A stretch of 64,000 bases of DNA from Myxococcota bacterium. GTDB taxonomy: Bacteria > Myxococcota_A > UBA9160 > UBA4427. The position numbers and the translations under genes are program-made. Location of the stretch: positions 2,112,001-2,176,000 of the forward strand of contig OZ252299.1 in NCBI GenBank assembly GCA_965250285.1, read 5' to 3'. Under the pieces are notes generated by a model that searched no databases, was not told the origin of the DNA, and saw nothing but the letters and a program-made list of their open reading frames with translations. This document shows, in pieces, positions 9,098 to 20,366 of the stretch. The stretch's first letter is position 1, and every line of letters begins with the position of its first letter.

Positions 9098-10762
9098 CTA
9101 GGGCACGACCACGACGCCGTTTGCGCCGGGCGACTGCCCGGCTCCGCCCGACAGGTCGGTCTCGCCCCGAGATGCCGTTGCGGCAGCGATCGTGAGGTCT
9201 CCACCATCGCCACCGGCGGAGGCGAGCCGCTCGGGATCGCTGTTGCCACCGCTGAGATCGATCGCCGATCGCACGACGACGCGGCCCGATGCCTCGATCT
9301 CGTCGCTGCCGGCGGCGATCATCAGGTCACCGGCGTTCGAGCCGATGCGCGCTCCGTCTCCCCCCGACGTCGTGACTCGGTCGAAGCCGAGCCAGCGGAT
9401 CGACTGGCCGGTGGAGCCGTGGTCGTTGCGGATCATCGCCGCCACGCTGCCGCCGACGCCACCACGCGCAGTCGTATCGGCCACTGCAGAACCCCCGCCC
9501 ACGTAGACGCCGCCCGATACGGTGATGTCGCCGGCGCGCGGATCACCGGGGTCGACCAGCTCGTTGGTCTCGAAGTCGACGCGACCGCCACGGCCACCCT
9601 GAGCCGTCGGGCTCGCCGTCGAGCGGCCGCCATCCGCCCACAGGGCCCCACGGCTTCGAATCTCTCCGCCATGCGCCTCGAACGAGATGCGCCCGCCCTC
9701 GCCGCCGGGCCCGCCGGGCGAGGGGCCGCCGCGGCTCGTCAGCGACGCATCGTTCAGGATGCTGCCCCCGAGCAGCGCTCGCATCCACACGCGGCCACCG
9801 ATCCCGCCGAGATCGATCCCGTTGCCGCCCGAAGCGTCGATCGGGGCTGCGTTCAGGATCTGCTGATCGGCCACGAGCGTGACATCGGCCCCGGCTCCCC
9901 CGGTGCCCGAGGCCCCCGTACTCGCGCCGCCCCGAGCCCGGATCGCGCCGCGATTGCCGATCCAGCCCATCTCGTCGATCCCCTGGGCCGTCATCGTGAC
10001 GGCACCCGCGGCGCCGCCAGCGCCGCTCGACTGCGCGGCACCGTAGGACGAGATCGTGCCGAGGTTGATCAGCGCGCCGCCGGCCGTCAGATCGACGGCC
10101 CCACCCGCCTGACCCGGCTCGATGCCGTGCGCCTCGACGACGCCGTCGCCGATGTAGTTGCGCGCGGTGGTGATGCTGATCGATCCACGCTGGGTCGCAT
10201 CGACGTCGAGCACGGTGATCACGCCGTCGTTGATGACGTCTTGGCTGAAGACGAGCGCTGCGCCGGTGCCGACGTTGAGGGGCAGGGTCAGCGTGGCCCC
10301 ACGGACGACCTCGATGCCCGTCGCGATCGGGTCATCGGCATAGTTGGTATCGCCGTTCGAGATGCGAATCACCGTCTCGCCTTGCGGGATGTAGAGCGAC
10401 GTGTCGGGCAGCGTCTCACCCGGTGCGAGGATCCACAGCTCGAGATCCTCATCGATCACGATGCGAACCGGCCCGTACTCGGCCGCCGGGATCAAGAAGT
10501 CGAAGCCGGCGTCGGCGGCCCCGGAGTCGAGGATCTCGATGGCCGAGCCAGCGGTGCCGTCGGCGATCGTCACGTCGACGTTGCCGCCCATGGCACCGGC
10601 CTGCTCGATCTCGCCATTCGACCCGCTGCCGCCGCTCGTGTCGACGAGCACTTCAGTCACGCCGCCGCCGCCCTTGCAGCCGACGGCCGCGACCCAGACA
10701 GAGGTGAAGGCGACCGCGGCCAGGCGCGCCGCGCGCTGGCTCGTCGTGTGATTCCGGCCCAT
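9098..10762 (-). CDS. Glycine-rich repeat lipoprotein
   Basis: GAGGAG RBS; signal ending AAVG-C; ~9 repeats of IxNxxxIxAxGG...GGxGGxVxLxA. Confidence 0.75.
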   Translation of the reverse strand: MGRNHTTSQRAARLAAVAFTSVWVAAVGCKGGGGVTEVLVDTSGGSGSNGEIEQAGAMGGNVDVTIADGTAGSAIEILDSGAADAGFDFLIPAAEYGPVRIVIDEDLELWILAPGETLPDTSLYIPQGETVIRISNGDTNYADDPIATGIEVVRGATLTLPLNVGTGAALVFSQDVINDGVITVLDVDATQRGSISITTARNYIGDGVVEAHGIEPGQAGGAVDLTAGGALINLGTISSYGAAQSSGAGGAAGAVTMTAQGIDEMGWIGNRGAIRARGGASTGASGTGGAGADVTLVADQQILNAAPIDASGGNGIDLGGIGGRVWMRALLGGSILNDASLTSRGGPSPGGPGGEGGRISFEAHGGEIRSRGALWADGGRSTASPTAQGGRGGRVDFETNELVDPGDPRAGDITVSGGVYVGGGSAVADTTARGGVGGSVAAMIRNDHGSTGQSIRWLGFDRVTTSGGDGARIGSNAGDLMIAAGSDEIEASGRVVVRSAIDLSGGNSDPERLASAGGDGGDLTIAAATASRGETDLSGGAGQSPGANGVVVVP

Positions 10763-11058
10763 GGCCCCACTCCTCACGGCCATGGCGCGCGCATCGTCAC
10801 GCGCGGCCATGCCGGCCTCGCCCGGCGCTCATGCGCGCGGGGTCGGCGAAGTGGGGCCGCGGGCGGACCCGGGTCGGCCGGTAGCCGATCGCAGAGAGGC
10901 GCTCGCGGCCGGCGCACGCGCGCCGACGGCTTCTCATCGGCAGTCAGCGGGCGCGGCTGGAGACGCGGGCATCCGCGCCCCGCGCACCTGTACTCGAAAA
11001 TTCAAGCGCAGATGGAGGCCCATCGACGCGATGGGCAAGGCGCTGGGCCAATCGTGGC

Positions 11059-12350
<1,292 letters not shown>

Positions 12351-12354
<4 letters not shown>

Positions 12355-13958
12355 TGGCCCAGATCCACCAGCTCGACGCTGATCACATTGGGCAGCGCGG
12401 CGATGTTCTCGATCACCGAGCCCGGCGGCTGTCCATCGATGTTGACGAGCATGGCGGCCTCGTTGCGCTCGCGCACCAGCGCCAGCTGCATACGCGAGAT
12501 GTTGATGCCGGCTTCGCCGAGTGCCGTCCCGACGGTGCCCACGACGCCCGACTGGTCATGGTTGTGGACGAGCAGCGTCTGGCCCTCGGGAATCGCCTCG
12601 AGCATGAAGTCATCGAGCCGCACGATTCGGGGCTGGTCGCCGTGGAAGATCGCTCCCGAGATCAGGCGTTCGTTCGCACCCGACCCCGTCACGTTCGAGC
12701 CGCGAACGGTGACCGTGATCGCCGACGCGAAATCGCGCGGCTGAGTCGACTTGGTCTCGATGATCTTGATGCCGAGCTGCTGAGCGACGACGGGCGCGTT
12801 CACCATGTTGACGTTCTCGCGGGTCGGCGAGAGCAGACCGAAGAGCACGGCGATCGTGATCGGCGCGACGTCGAGGTCGGCAATCTCGCCGGCGTACTCG
12901 ACCTCGACCTGATCGATGTGGCTCTTGGCGAGCTGACCGTGGAAACGCCCCACCTTGCCGGCGAGCACCAGGTACGGCTCGACCTCCTCCATCAGCTCGG
13001 GCGAGACGCTCGGCACGTTCAGCGAGTTGCGGACGATGCCCTCGAGCAGGTAGTCGCGGATCTGCTCGGCCACGGCGACCGCCACGTTCACCTGCGCCTG
13101 CTCGGTCGACGCGCCGAGATGCGGCGTACAGATCACGTTCGGATGCGCGACGAGCGGATGGTCGTCGGGCGGAGGCTCTTCGACGAAGACGTCGAGGCCT
13201 GCGCCGCCGACCTTGCCGCTGTCGAGGGCCTCGAGCAGCGCCTCCTCGTCGACGATGCCGCCTCGGGCCGCGTTGATGACGAACACGCCGTCCTTGCACT
13301 TCGCGAAGGCCGCCTTGTTCAGGAGACCGGTCGTGCCCTTGGTCTTGGGCACGTGGACCGTGATGACGTCGGCGCGCTCGAGCAGCTCGTCGAACGACAC
13401 GAGTTCGGCACCGAGCTTCGCAGCGGCCTCGGGCGTGATGAACGGGTCGTGCACGATCACCTTCATGCCCAGCCCGGCCCCGCGAAGGCAGACGATCCGC
13501 CCGATGTTGCCCGCCCCGACGACGCCGAGCACACGGTTGTAGAGCTCCATCCCCTGGAACTTCTTCTTCTCCCACTTGCGTGCCTTCATCGAGGCGGTCG
13601 CCTGGGGAATGTGACGCGCGAGCGAGACCATGAGCGCGATCGCGTGCTCGGCCGTCGTGATGTTGTTGCCCTCGGGCGTGTTCACGACGACGACGCCGTG
13701 GTCGGTGGCGGCGGGCACATCGATGTTGTCGACACCGATGCCGGCGCGGCCGACGACCTTGAGCTTCTCGGCGCGGGCCAGAACCTCGGCCGTCACCTTG
13801 GTCGCGCTGCGGATGATCAGCCCTTCGGCGTCCCCGATCAGCTCGAGCAGCTCTTCGGGCGAGGTGCCCGGCTTGTTCACGACCTCGATCCCGGCCGTCT
13901 GTTCGAGAAGCTCGACGCCCTGGTCGGCGAGCGAATCCGTTACGAGCACCTTGGGCAA
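12351..13958 (-). CDS. serA: D-3-phosphoglycerate dehydrogenase (long form with ASB and ACT domains)
   Basis: GRAGIGVDNID, TTAEHA, GAGNIG, INAARGGIVDE, TPHLGAST; AGGAG RBS before TTG. Confidence 0.95.
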
Positions 13959-14419
13959 CGGAAGATCTCCTGTCTGTCGGGGCGGGCCCAACGGCCGCGC
14001 TGCCCGGCGTGCGCTCTCGCGCTGGGTGTCACGCGTCGGTCCCACCGGCTCGCACGGGCCGGCGGCGCCGGGGCGGCCATGGAATGCGACGCATCGATCG
14101 CTACAACTCGCTCCAGCCCATGCGGCCGCGGCAGCCGCACTCCGGGAGCCGGTGTGTCGGATGATGGCCGAGACGGCCCGGTCACGCGGGGAGCCCCCCA
14201 CGACGCGACCTTTCCCGACCTGTTCCGTAGATCGCTCGCAGTGGATCCGCCCTAACCCCTTGATGGCCAAGGAGAATCGCACGAGCGCTGGAAGGGTGCC
14301 CCAGCCCCACCGCAGTGTCAACGCGACGCGCTGCAACACGGCGTGACGGCGGTCGCCGCACGCCCGAAGCGTGTATGGTCCGCTGCGAAGACGAACTCCG
14401 CGCGCCGAGAGAGCCCACC

Positions 14420-15718
14420 GTGTCCTCAGCTCCCACCCGCCACCCCGTGCAGCCGCGACCGGCGGTCGACGCCAGCGTCCGCGTGCCCGGTTCGAAATCG
14501 CTGACGAATCGAGCGCTTCTGATCGCGGGCCTCGCAGAGGGCGAGACGCGGCTCACCGGCGCGCTGTCGAGCGACGACACCGTGGTCATGCGCCAGGCCC
14601 TCGAGGCGCTGGGCGCTCGGGTCGACGATGCGCGCGATCCCTGGGTCGTCGTCGGCACGGCCGGCCACTTCGAGGCGCCCGGAGCCCGGCTCTACATTCG
14701 GAACTCGGGCACCTCGGCGCGCTTTCTGGCGGCGGCCGCGTCGCTCGCCGCCGGACCCGTGGTCGTCGACGGCAACGATCGCATGCGCGAGCGCCCCATC
14801 GTGCACCTCGCCGAGGGACTGCGCAGCCTCGGCGTCGATGTCACGATCGAAGGCCACGACGGCTGTCCGCCGATCCGCGTGGCGGGCGGTGGCCTGCCCG
14901 GCGGACCGGGCGAGATCGACGCGAGTCAATCGAGCCAGTACGTCTCGGCGCTGCTGCTCGCGGCGCCGTATGCAGACAAGGACGTCGAGCTCACGCTGAC
15001 CGGTGGCGCCGTCGTCTCGAAGCCGTACATCGACGTGACCCTGGAGTGTATGCGCGACTTCGGTGCCGAGGCCGACTGGACGAGTGATACAGGATTGCGT
15101 GTGCGCGCCGGCGCGACCTATCGCGGTCGCGACTACGCGGTCGAAGCCGACGCGAGCTCGGCGGCGTACCCGTTCTGTGCAGCCGCGATCGCCGGCGGGC
15201 GCGTCGCGGTCGAAGGCGTTCGACTCGATTCGCTGCAGAGCGACTTCGAGATTCTCGGCCTGCTCGAGCGCATGGGCTGCACCGTGAGCCGCACGGGCGA
15301 CACCGTCGAGGTGCGACGCCCGGTCGATACGCCGCTGCGCGCGCTCGGCACCGTCGACATGAACGCGTTCCCCGACGCCGTGCTCGCCTACGCGGTGGTG
15401 TGCCTGTTCGCCGATGGGCCCACGACCATCGAAGACATCTACAACCTGCGGATCAAGGAGACCGATCGCCTGGCCGCCCTCGAGAACGAGCTGCGCAAGC
15501 TCGGCGCCGAGGCCGAGACGGGCCGCGATTGGCTTCGCATCACGCCGCCCGCCGACTCATCGATGCTGCGAGGGGCCGAGATCGAGACGTACGACGACCA
15601 CCGCATGGCGATGGCCTTCTCGCTCGCGGGGCTGCGGGTGCCCGGTGTCGTGATCCTCGACCCCGGGTGCGTGAGCAAGACCTGGCCCGGCTACTTCGAC
15701 GTGTTCGAGAGCCTGTAG
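14420..15718 (+). CDS. aroA: 3-phosphoshikimate 1-carboxyvinyltransferase (EPSP synthase)
   Basis: PGSKSLTNRAL, NSGTSARF, SSQYVSA, LRIKETDR, DDHRMAM. Confidence 0.97.
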   Translation: MSSAPTRHPVQPRPAVDASVRVPGSKSLTNRALLIAGLAEGETRLTGALSSDDTVVMRQALEALGARVDDARDPWVVVGTAGHFEAPGARLYIRNSGTSARFLAAAASLAAGPVVVDGNDRMRERPIVHLAEGLRSLGVDVTIEGHDGCPPIRVAGGGLPGGPGEIDASQSSQYVSALLLAAPYADKDVELTLTGGAVVSKPYIDVTLECMRDFGAEADWTSDTGLRVRAGATYRGRDYAVEADASSAAYPFCAAAIAGGRVAVEGVRLDSLQSDFEILGLLERMGCTVSRTGDTVEVRRPVDTPLRALGTVDMNAFPDAVLAYAVVCLFADGPTTIEDIYNLRIKETDRLAALENELRKLGAEAETGRDWLRITPPADSSMLRGAEIETYDDHRMAMAFSLAGLRVPGVVILDPGCVSKTWPGYFDVFESL

Positions 15719-15720
15719 GC

Positions 15721-16506
15721 GTGGCCGTTGCGACCTTTCCCGACTCGACCACGAGGCTGTCCCGTGGCGCTCGACTCGAGGCGCGCGCCCTCGGACGCCG
15801 CTTCGGCGAGCTCGTCGCGCTCGATGCCCTCGACCTCGAAGTCGCATCCGGAGAGTCCTTCGGCCTGCTCGGCGCGAACGGCGCCGGCAAGACGACCTTC
15901 ATTCGCATGGTGCTGGGCTACCTGTTGCCTTCGTCGGGCAGCGTGTGGGTCGACGGACTCTCACCGACGACCCATGCCCGCGCTGTGCAGCAGCGCATCG
16001 GCTACGTGCCCGAGACGCCGCGCCTCTACCCCGAGCTCTCCGTACAGTCGTTCCTCGCGTTCGCCGCAGGCCTGCGCGAGCTGAGCGGCGCCGATGCGCG
16101 CGCCGCCGTCGAAGAGGTCGCGCACCGATTTCAGCTCGACGACGTGCTGCGCCGACCGATCGGCCATCTCTCGAAGGGCTATCGCCAGCGTGTGTCCCTC
16201 GCCCAGGCGTTCCTGCACGCACCGTCGCTGCTGATCGTCGACGAACCGTCGAGCGGGCTCGACCCGGTGCAGCGCCAACACGTGCGTGATGCCCTCGATG
16301 CGCTGCGCGGTCAATGCACGCTGATCCTCTGCACGCACGATCTCGGTGAGGCGCGAACGCTCACCGACCGCGTCGCGGTGCTGGCGCGCGGCCATTGCGT
16401 GGCGCTGGGCAGCAGCGCGGCCGTGCTCGACGTCGACGATCCGCTCGCGCTCTTCCGACGGGGCGCCGATCTGCACCTGGCCGGCTCACCGGAGGGCGCG
16501 GCGTGA
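15721..16506 (+). CDS. ABC transporter ATP-binding protein (GldA-like)
   Basis: Walker A GANGAGKT, LSKGYRQR signature, LIVDEP, H-loop. Confidence 0.92.
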   Translation: MAVATFPDSTTRLSRGARLEARALGRRFGELVALDALDLEVASGESFGLLGANGAGKTTFIRMVLGYLLPSSGSVWVDGLSPTTHARAVQQRIGYVPETPRLYPELSVQSFLAFAAGLRELSGADARAAVEEVAHRFQLDDVLRRPIGHLSKGYRQRVSLAQAFLHAPSLLIVDEPSSGLDPVQRQHVRDALDALRGQCTLILCTHDLGEARTLTDRVAVLARGHCVALGSSAAVLDVDDPLALFRRGADLHLAGSPEGAA

Positions 16507-17294
16507 TCGCCTTCCGCGCGCTCGTCCGCAAAGAGATTGCGGTGCTCTTCGGATCACCCGTGGCCTATCTCGTCCTGACCACGGTCGCGCTGCTCACGGC
16601 GATCACGTTCTTCGAACATCTGCGGCTCTACAACCACCAGCTCTTCCTGTACGCGTCGAGCAACATGGGCGGCTTCGAGTCGGACACGATCCCCGACTAC
16701 ATCAACCTGCGAGACACGGTCTTCTTCCCGGTCATGGAGCAGCTGGGCCTGCTGCTCTTGCTGCCGATCCCGCTGGTCACGATGGGCGTGTTCGCGCGCG
16801 AGCGCGCCGCGGGCACCGACGAGTTCCTGCTCACCAGCGGCCTGTCTCCCATGCAGCTCGTGGCAGGCAAGTTCTCGGTCACGTTCGGCTTCGTCGTGTT
16901 GATGATGGCGGTCGCGTTCATCTACCCGGTCACGGCGATCATGCAGGGCGGGATCGGTCTCCAGCACCTGTTCGCGGTCTTCACAGGGCTCGTGCTGCTG
17001 GGCGTCGGCATCGCGTCGATCGGGCTCGTTTGCAGTGCCGCCACCGACAGTCAACTCGTCGCGGCCGCGACCACGGTGGCAGGCGCCTATCTCTTCTACG
17101 ACTTCGGCTGGACCTACGGCTTCGTCGGCTCGGGCACGGCCGCCGTGCTCGACGCGATCTCGCTCCACCCTCATTTCGGTCACTTCTCAGAGGGCCTCGT
17201 GCGGCTGGCCGACCTCGTCTATTTCGCCGCCTTCGCCGTGATCTCGGCCGCGTGTGTGCGTTTTCTCCTCGAAGCGCGCCGGATCGGGGCCTGA
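16503..17294 (+). CDS. ABC-2 permease (GldF-like)
   Basis: RKEI...SPVAY, PLVTMGVFARER..GTDEFLLT, GKF; multi-TM; GTGA overlap. Confidence 0.88.
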   Translation: MIAFRALVRKEIAVLFGSPVAYLVLTTVALLTAITFFEHLRLYNHQLFLYASSNMGGFESDTIPDYINLRDTVFFPVMEQLGLLLLLPIPLVTMGVFARERAAGTDEFLLTSGLSPMQLVAGKFSVTFGFVVLMMAVAFIYPVTAIMQGGIGLQHLFAVFTGLVLLGVGIASIGLVCSAATDSQLVAAATTVAGAYLFYDFGWTYGFVGSGTAAVLDAISLHPHFGHFSEGLVRLADLVYFAAFAVISAACVRFLLEARRIGA

Positions 17295-17295
17295 C

Positions 17296-18837
17296 GTGGG
17301 GGCCGGCCTGCCTGCACGCCTGCTGTGGATCGGCCTCGTCTGCCTGGCCTTCGCCCTCGCCGCCTACCGGATCCTGGGCGACGTCTCGCTCTTCATCGTC
17401 GCCAACGGCGTGGTGGCCGTCGCCGCGCTCGGCGCAGCCGCCTTGGTCACGCTCCGACGTGCCTCTGCGCCGCGTCCGAGTAGCCTGCGCGGGCCGCTCC
17501 TCGAGGCGGCGCTGCGCACGATCACCGCGATCTGGATCGCCGTGCTCGTCTTCCTCGCAGCCGACTGGAGCGGCATCCGTTTCGACTGGACCTTCGAGGG
17601 CGAGTTCGAGCTCGCCGATGCGACCACGCAGCTGCTCGACGGTCTGGCGCCGGGGGACGAAGCCCGCGCGACGCTCTACTACGACTTCGGCGACCCGCGG
17701 ATCCGCAACACCCGGCTCCTGCTCGAAGAGATGGCGTCGGGTCGGCCGGTCGAGGTGCGGCAGCGGCAGATCGACCAGTTCCCGCGCGACGAGGACCGTT
17801 TCGGCATCGGCTCATCGAACAGCGTGGTGCTCGAGCTCGGCAACCGGTGGACGATCATCGACCGGCCGAGCGAGGGCACGCTTTACGAAGGCCTCTCCCG
17901 CCTCGTGCACAGCCGAGCCCGCGTGATCTACGCCAGTACGGGCGCCGGCGAAGGCGATCTCGAACGCTTCGACGAAGGGGGCTTCTCGGGCCTGAGAGCC
18001 GCCCTCGAGACCGAGGGCTACGAGCTTCGCCCGCTGCCGCTCGCCATCGCCGACCGCGTTCCCGGTGACGCGGCGGCGGTGCTCGTGATCGGCCCAGAGC
18101 GCCCGCTGACCGGCCGCGGCCAGGCCGCGCTGCAGAGCTATCTCGACGAGGGCGGTCGGCTCGTGGCCTTTCTCGGCGACGCCCCCCTGCCCTCGCTCGA
18201 GTCGCTGCTCGCCCGACAGGGGCTCGTCGCTCAGCCGGGTCATGTCGTCGATCCGACGTCGGGCGCGATCGAGGGCGACGCCGCTGGGATCAATCCCGTC
18301 GCCTTCAACTACAGCGAACACCCGGTGTCGGCCGGCCTCGACTCGAATCGCATGACGTTCTTCCGACGCGCGCGCGCCTTCGTCCTGCGCAAGCAGAACG
18401 CAGATCAGCGCCTGCGTCCGGTCGTGCACGCGAGCGGTGACTCTTGGATCGACACCGCGCCGGCGACCGAGTGGTCTCGCGCGGCCCCCTCCCCACCCGT
18501 CGGCGCCCGGCTCGACTACTGGCCCCTCGTGGTGGCGAGCGAGACGCCCGGCGAAGCGGGAACGACGCGGGTCGTCGCGTTCGGCGATGCCGAGCTCGCG
18601 AGCAATCGCTACCTGCGGGCGCTCTTCAATCTCGACCTGGTCCTGAACGCCGTGCACTGGGTCACCGAGCAGGAGTCGCTGATCGCGCTTCGCCCGAAGC
18701 TCGGCGGCCGGCGACTGAACCAGTTCCCGGTCCCGCTCGAGTCTTCGCTGCAGGCGCTCTACGGCGCGGGGCTGCTCGTCCCTCAGCTGCTGCTCATCGC
18801 TGCGGGCTGGGTGTGGCTTCGCCAGCGCAGCGCTTGA
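17296..18837 (+). CDS. GldG-like ABC transporter auxiliary component
   Basis: N-terminal TMs, RFDWT..GEFEL, VLVIGPE..YLDEGG, RVVAFGD, NAVHW, C-terminal TM. Confidence 0.82.
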   Translation: MGAGLPARLLWIGLVCLAFALAAYRILGDVSLFIVANGVVAVAALGAAALVTLRRASAPRPSSLRGPLLEAALRTITAIWIAVLVFLAADWSGIRFDWTFEGEFELADATTQLLDGLAPGDEARATLYYDFGDPRIRNTRLLLEEMASGRPVEVRQRQIDQFPRDEDRFGIGSSNSVVLELGNRWTIIDRPSEGTLYEGLSRLVHSRARVIYASTGAGEGDLERFDEGGFSGLRAALETEGYELRPLPLAIADRVPGDAAAVLVIGPERPLTGRGQAALQSYLDEGGRLVAFLGDAPLPSLESLLARQGLVAQPGHVVDPTSGAIEGDAAGINPVAFNYSEHPVSAGLDSNRMTFFRRARAFVLRKQNADQRLRPVVHASGDSWIDTAPATEWSRAAPSPPVGARLDYWPLVVASETPGEAGTTRVVAFGDAELASNRYLRALFNLDLVLNAVHWVTEQESLIALRPKLGGRRLNQFPVPLESSLQALYGAGLLVPQLLLIAAGWVWLRQRSA

Positions 18838-18860
18838 GGCAGAACCGTCGGGCGACGCGC

Positions 18861-18877
18861 CGACGACCCAGTCGTCG
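18861..18877. terminator. Short hairpin between convergent genes (possible terminator)
   Basis: CGACGAC-CCA-GTCGTCG inverted repeat; no U tract. Confidence 0.3.
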
Positions 18878-18914
18878 CGATGGCTTCCGGCGGAACCGAA
18901 GTGACCCGCCCCGA

Positions 18915-19346
18915 CTATTGCGCGGGCTGCTGCGTCGCGATCGCGATGCCCTCGGCGCCGACGCGCTGAGCCATGTCGAGCACGTTCACCGCCTCACCGA
19001 GCAGGACGTTCTTGTCGCCCTTCAGCACGACGACCTTGTCGGTCGCTTGTGAGACGGCGCGACCGAGCGCGGCTTCGAGTCCCGCGTAGGGCACCTCGAG
19101 ATCGTTCACCTTGATGACGCCGTTCTCGGCGACCTCGACGGTCACACCCTCGGGCGGGGTCTGCTCGGCTTCGGTCGCCGACGGCAGATCGATGTTCTTG
19201 CCTTCGTCGTGCACCGCCGTCGTCGTCACCATGAAGATGATGAGCAACACGAGGAAGATGTCGGTGAGGGGTGTGACGTTGATCTCGGCGACGATCCCCG
19301 GATCTTCGTCGCTGCCGTCCTCGCCCGGAAGCGCCGATGCAGCCAT
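18915..19346 (-). CDS. ExbD/TolR family biopolymer transport protein
   Basis: EINVTPLTDIFLVLLIIFMVT with conserved TM Asp; VVLKGDK. Confidence 0.92.
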   Translation of the reverse strand: MAASALPGEDGSDEDPGIVAEINVTPLTDIFLVLLIIFMVTTTAVHDEGKNIDLPSATEAEQTPPEGVTVEVAENGVIKVNDLEVPYAGLEAALGRAVSQATDKVVVLKGDKNVLLGEAVNVLDMAQRVGAEGIAIATQQPAQ

Positions 19347-20008
19347 CAGCCCTCGCCTCCGTTCGCCGCGGCGCGCGACGCGCCCGACTCGACGTAGATG
19401 ATCGCCTGCACGAGCCGCTCGCAGGCGCGCGCGTACACGGCGCTGATCGCGCCGACGCGCGTGTTCAGATAGTTGTAGAGCGTGAGCGCCGCGATCGCGA
19501 CGCCGAGACCGGCCGCGGTCGCGACGAGCGCCTCGCTCAGGCTCGCGGCGACGACCGCGAAGCCGCCGCCCTCGCTGCCCGCGAGGTCGGCGAACCCACG
19601 AATGATGCCAACGACCGTGCCGAACAGACCGACGAAGGGCGCGAGCGAGCCGACCGTGCCGATGATCCAGATGCCGCGCTTGAGCTCGGCGCTCGCCTCG
19701 GCGCGCATCGTGGCCAAGACCCGGTCGTAGTCGTCGACCGTCACGTTCTGCCAGCGCAGCGCCTCGAGAAAGATGCGCGCGATCGGCAGGTCGCTGTGCT
19801 CGCAGAGCTGACGGGCGCCGTCGGCATCGGGTCGCGCGAGCGTCTCGATCACGTCGCTGGCGAATGCCTTCGAGCGGGCGTCGAGGCCGCGAAACGTGCG
19901 CCATCGATCGAAGAAGACGGCGAGCGTCGCAATCGATCCGATGGCCAGCGGCACGTTGCTGAGCCACCCCATGATCAGCAGGTCGATCAGATGTTCGGCC
20001 GTGAACAT
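19346..20008 (-). CDS. ExbB/TolQ/MotA family proton channel protein
   Basis: GTVGSLAPFVGLFGTVVGII...SEALVATAAGLGVAI...YN. Confidence 0.93.
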   Translation of the reverse strand: MFTAEHLIDLLIMGWLSNVPLAIGSIATLAVFFDRWRTFRGLDARSKAFASDVIETLARPDADGARQLCEHSDLPIARIFLEALRWQNVTVDDYDRVLATMRAEASAELKRGIWIIGTVGSLAPFVGLFGTVVGIIRGFADLAGSEGGGFAVVAASLSEALVATAAGLGVAIAALTLYNYLNTRVGAISAVYARACERLVQAIIYVESGASRAAANGGEG

Positions 20009-20366
20009 CGGCGCGCTCCCCCCATCTGGCCCGGCGCCGGGCGCGAGTGCGGGGAGACTACCAACGCGCTCAGGGCGCCGCAGCGACGCCGGCGGCCCGA
20101 TCGACCGGGTGCCCGCACCCTCGCTAGACTGCAGCCTTCGGTTGAAGGCCCGGCGAACCCGTCTGGGCGTTCGGGTGTCCAATGCGCCACAACAGGCGCG
20201 TCGCCGCGAAGCACGCGCTTCCCGGTGCACAGAGCGAGAGCGGAGCCAGGGGCGGAGACACGCCCCGCGCTTTGATCGACTCGAGGCCGCATTCGCACGG
20301 GGGACGATGCGGTCGCACGCGGCGTCGATGCGCGTCTTCCCCCAAGTCGTCGGGAGCCGGCCCACC

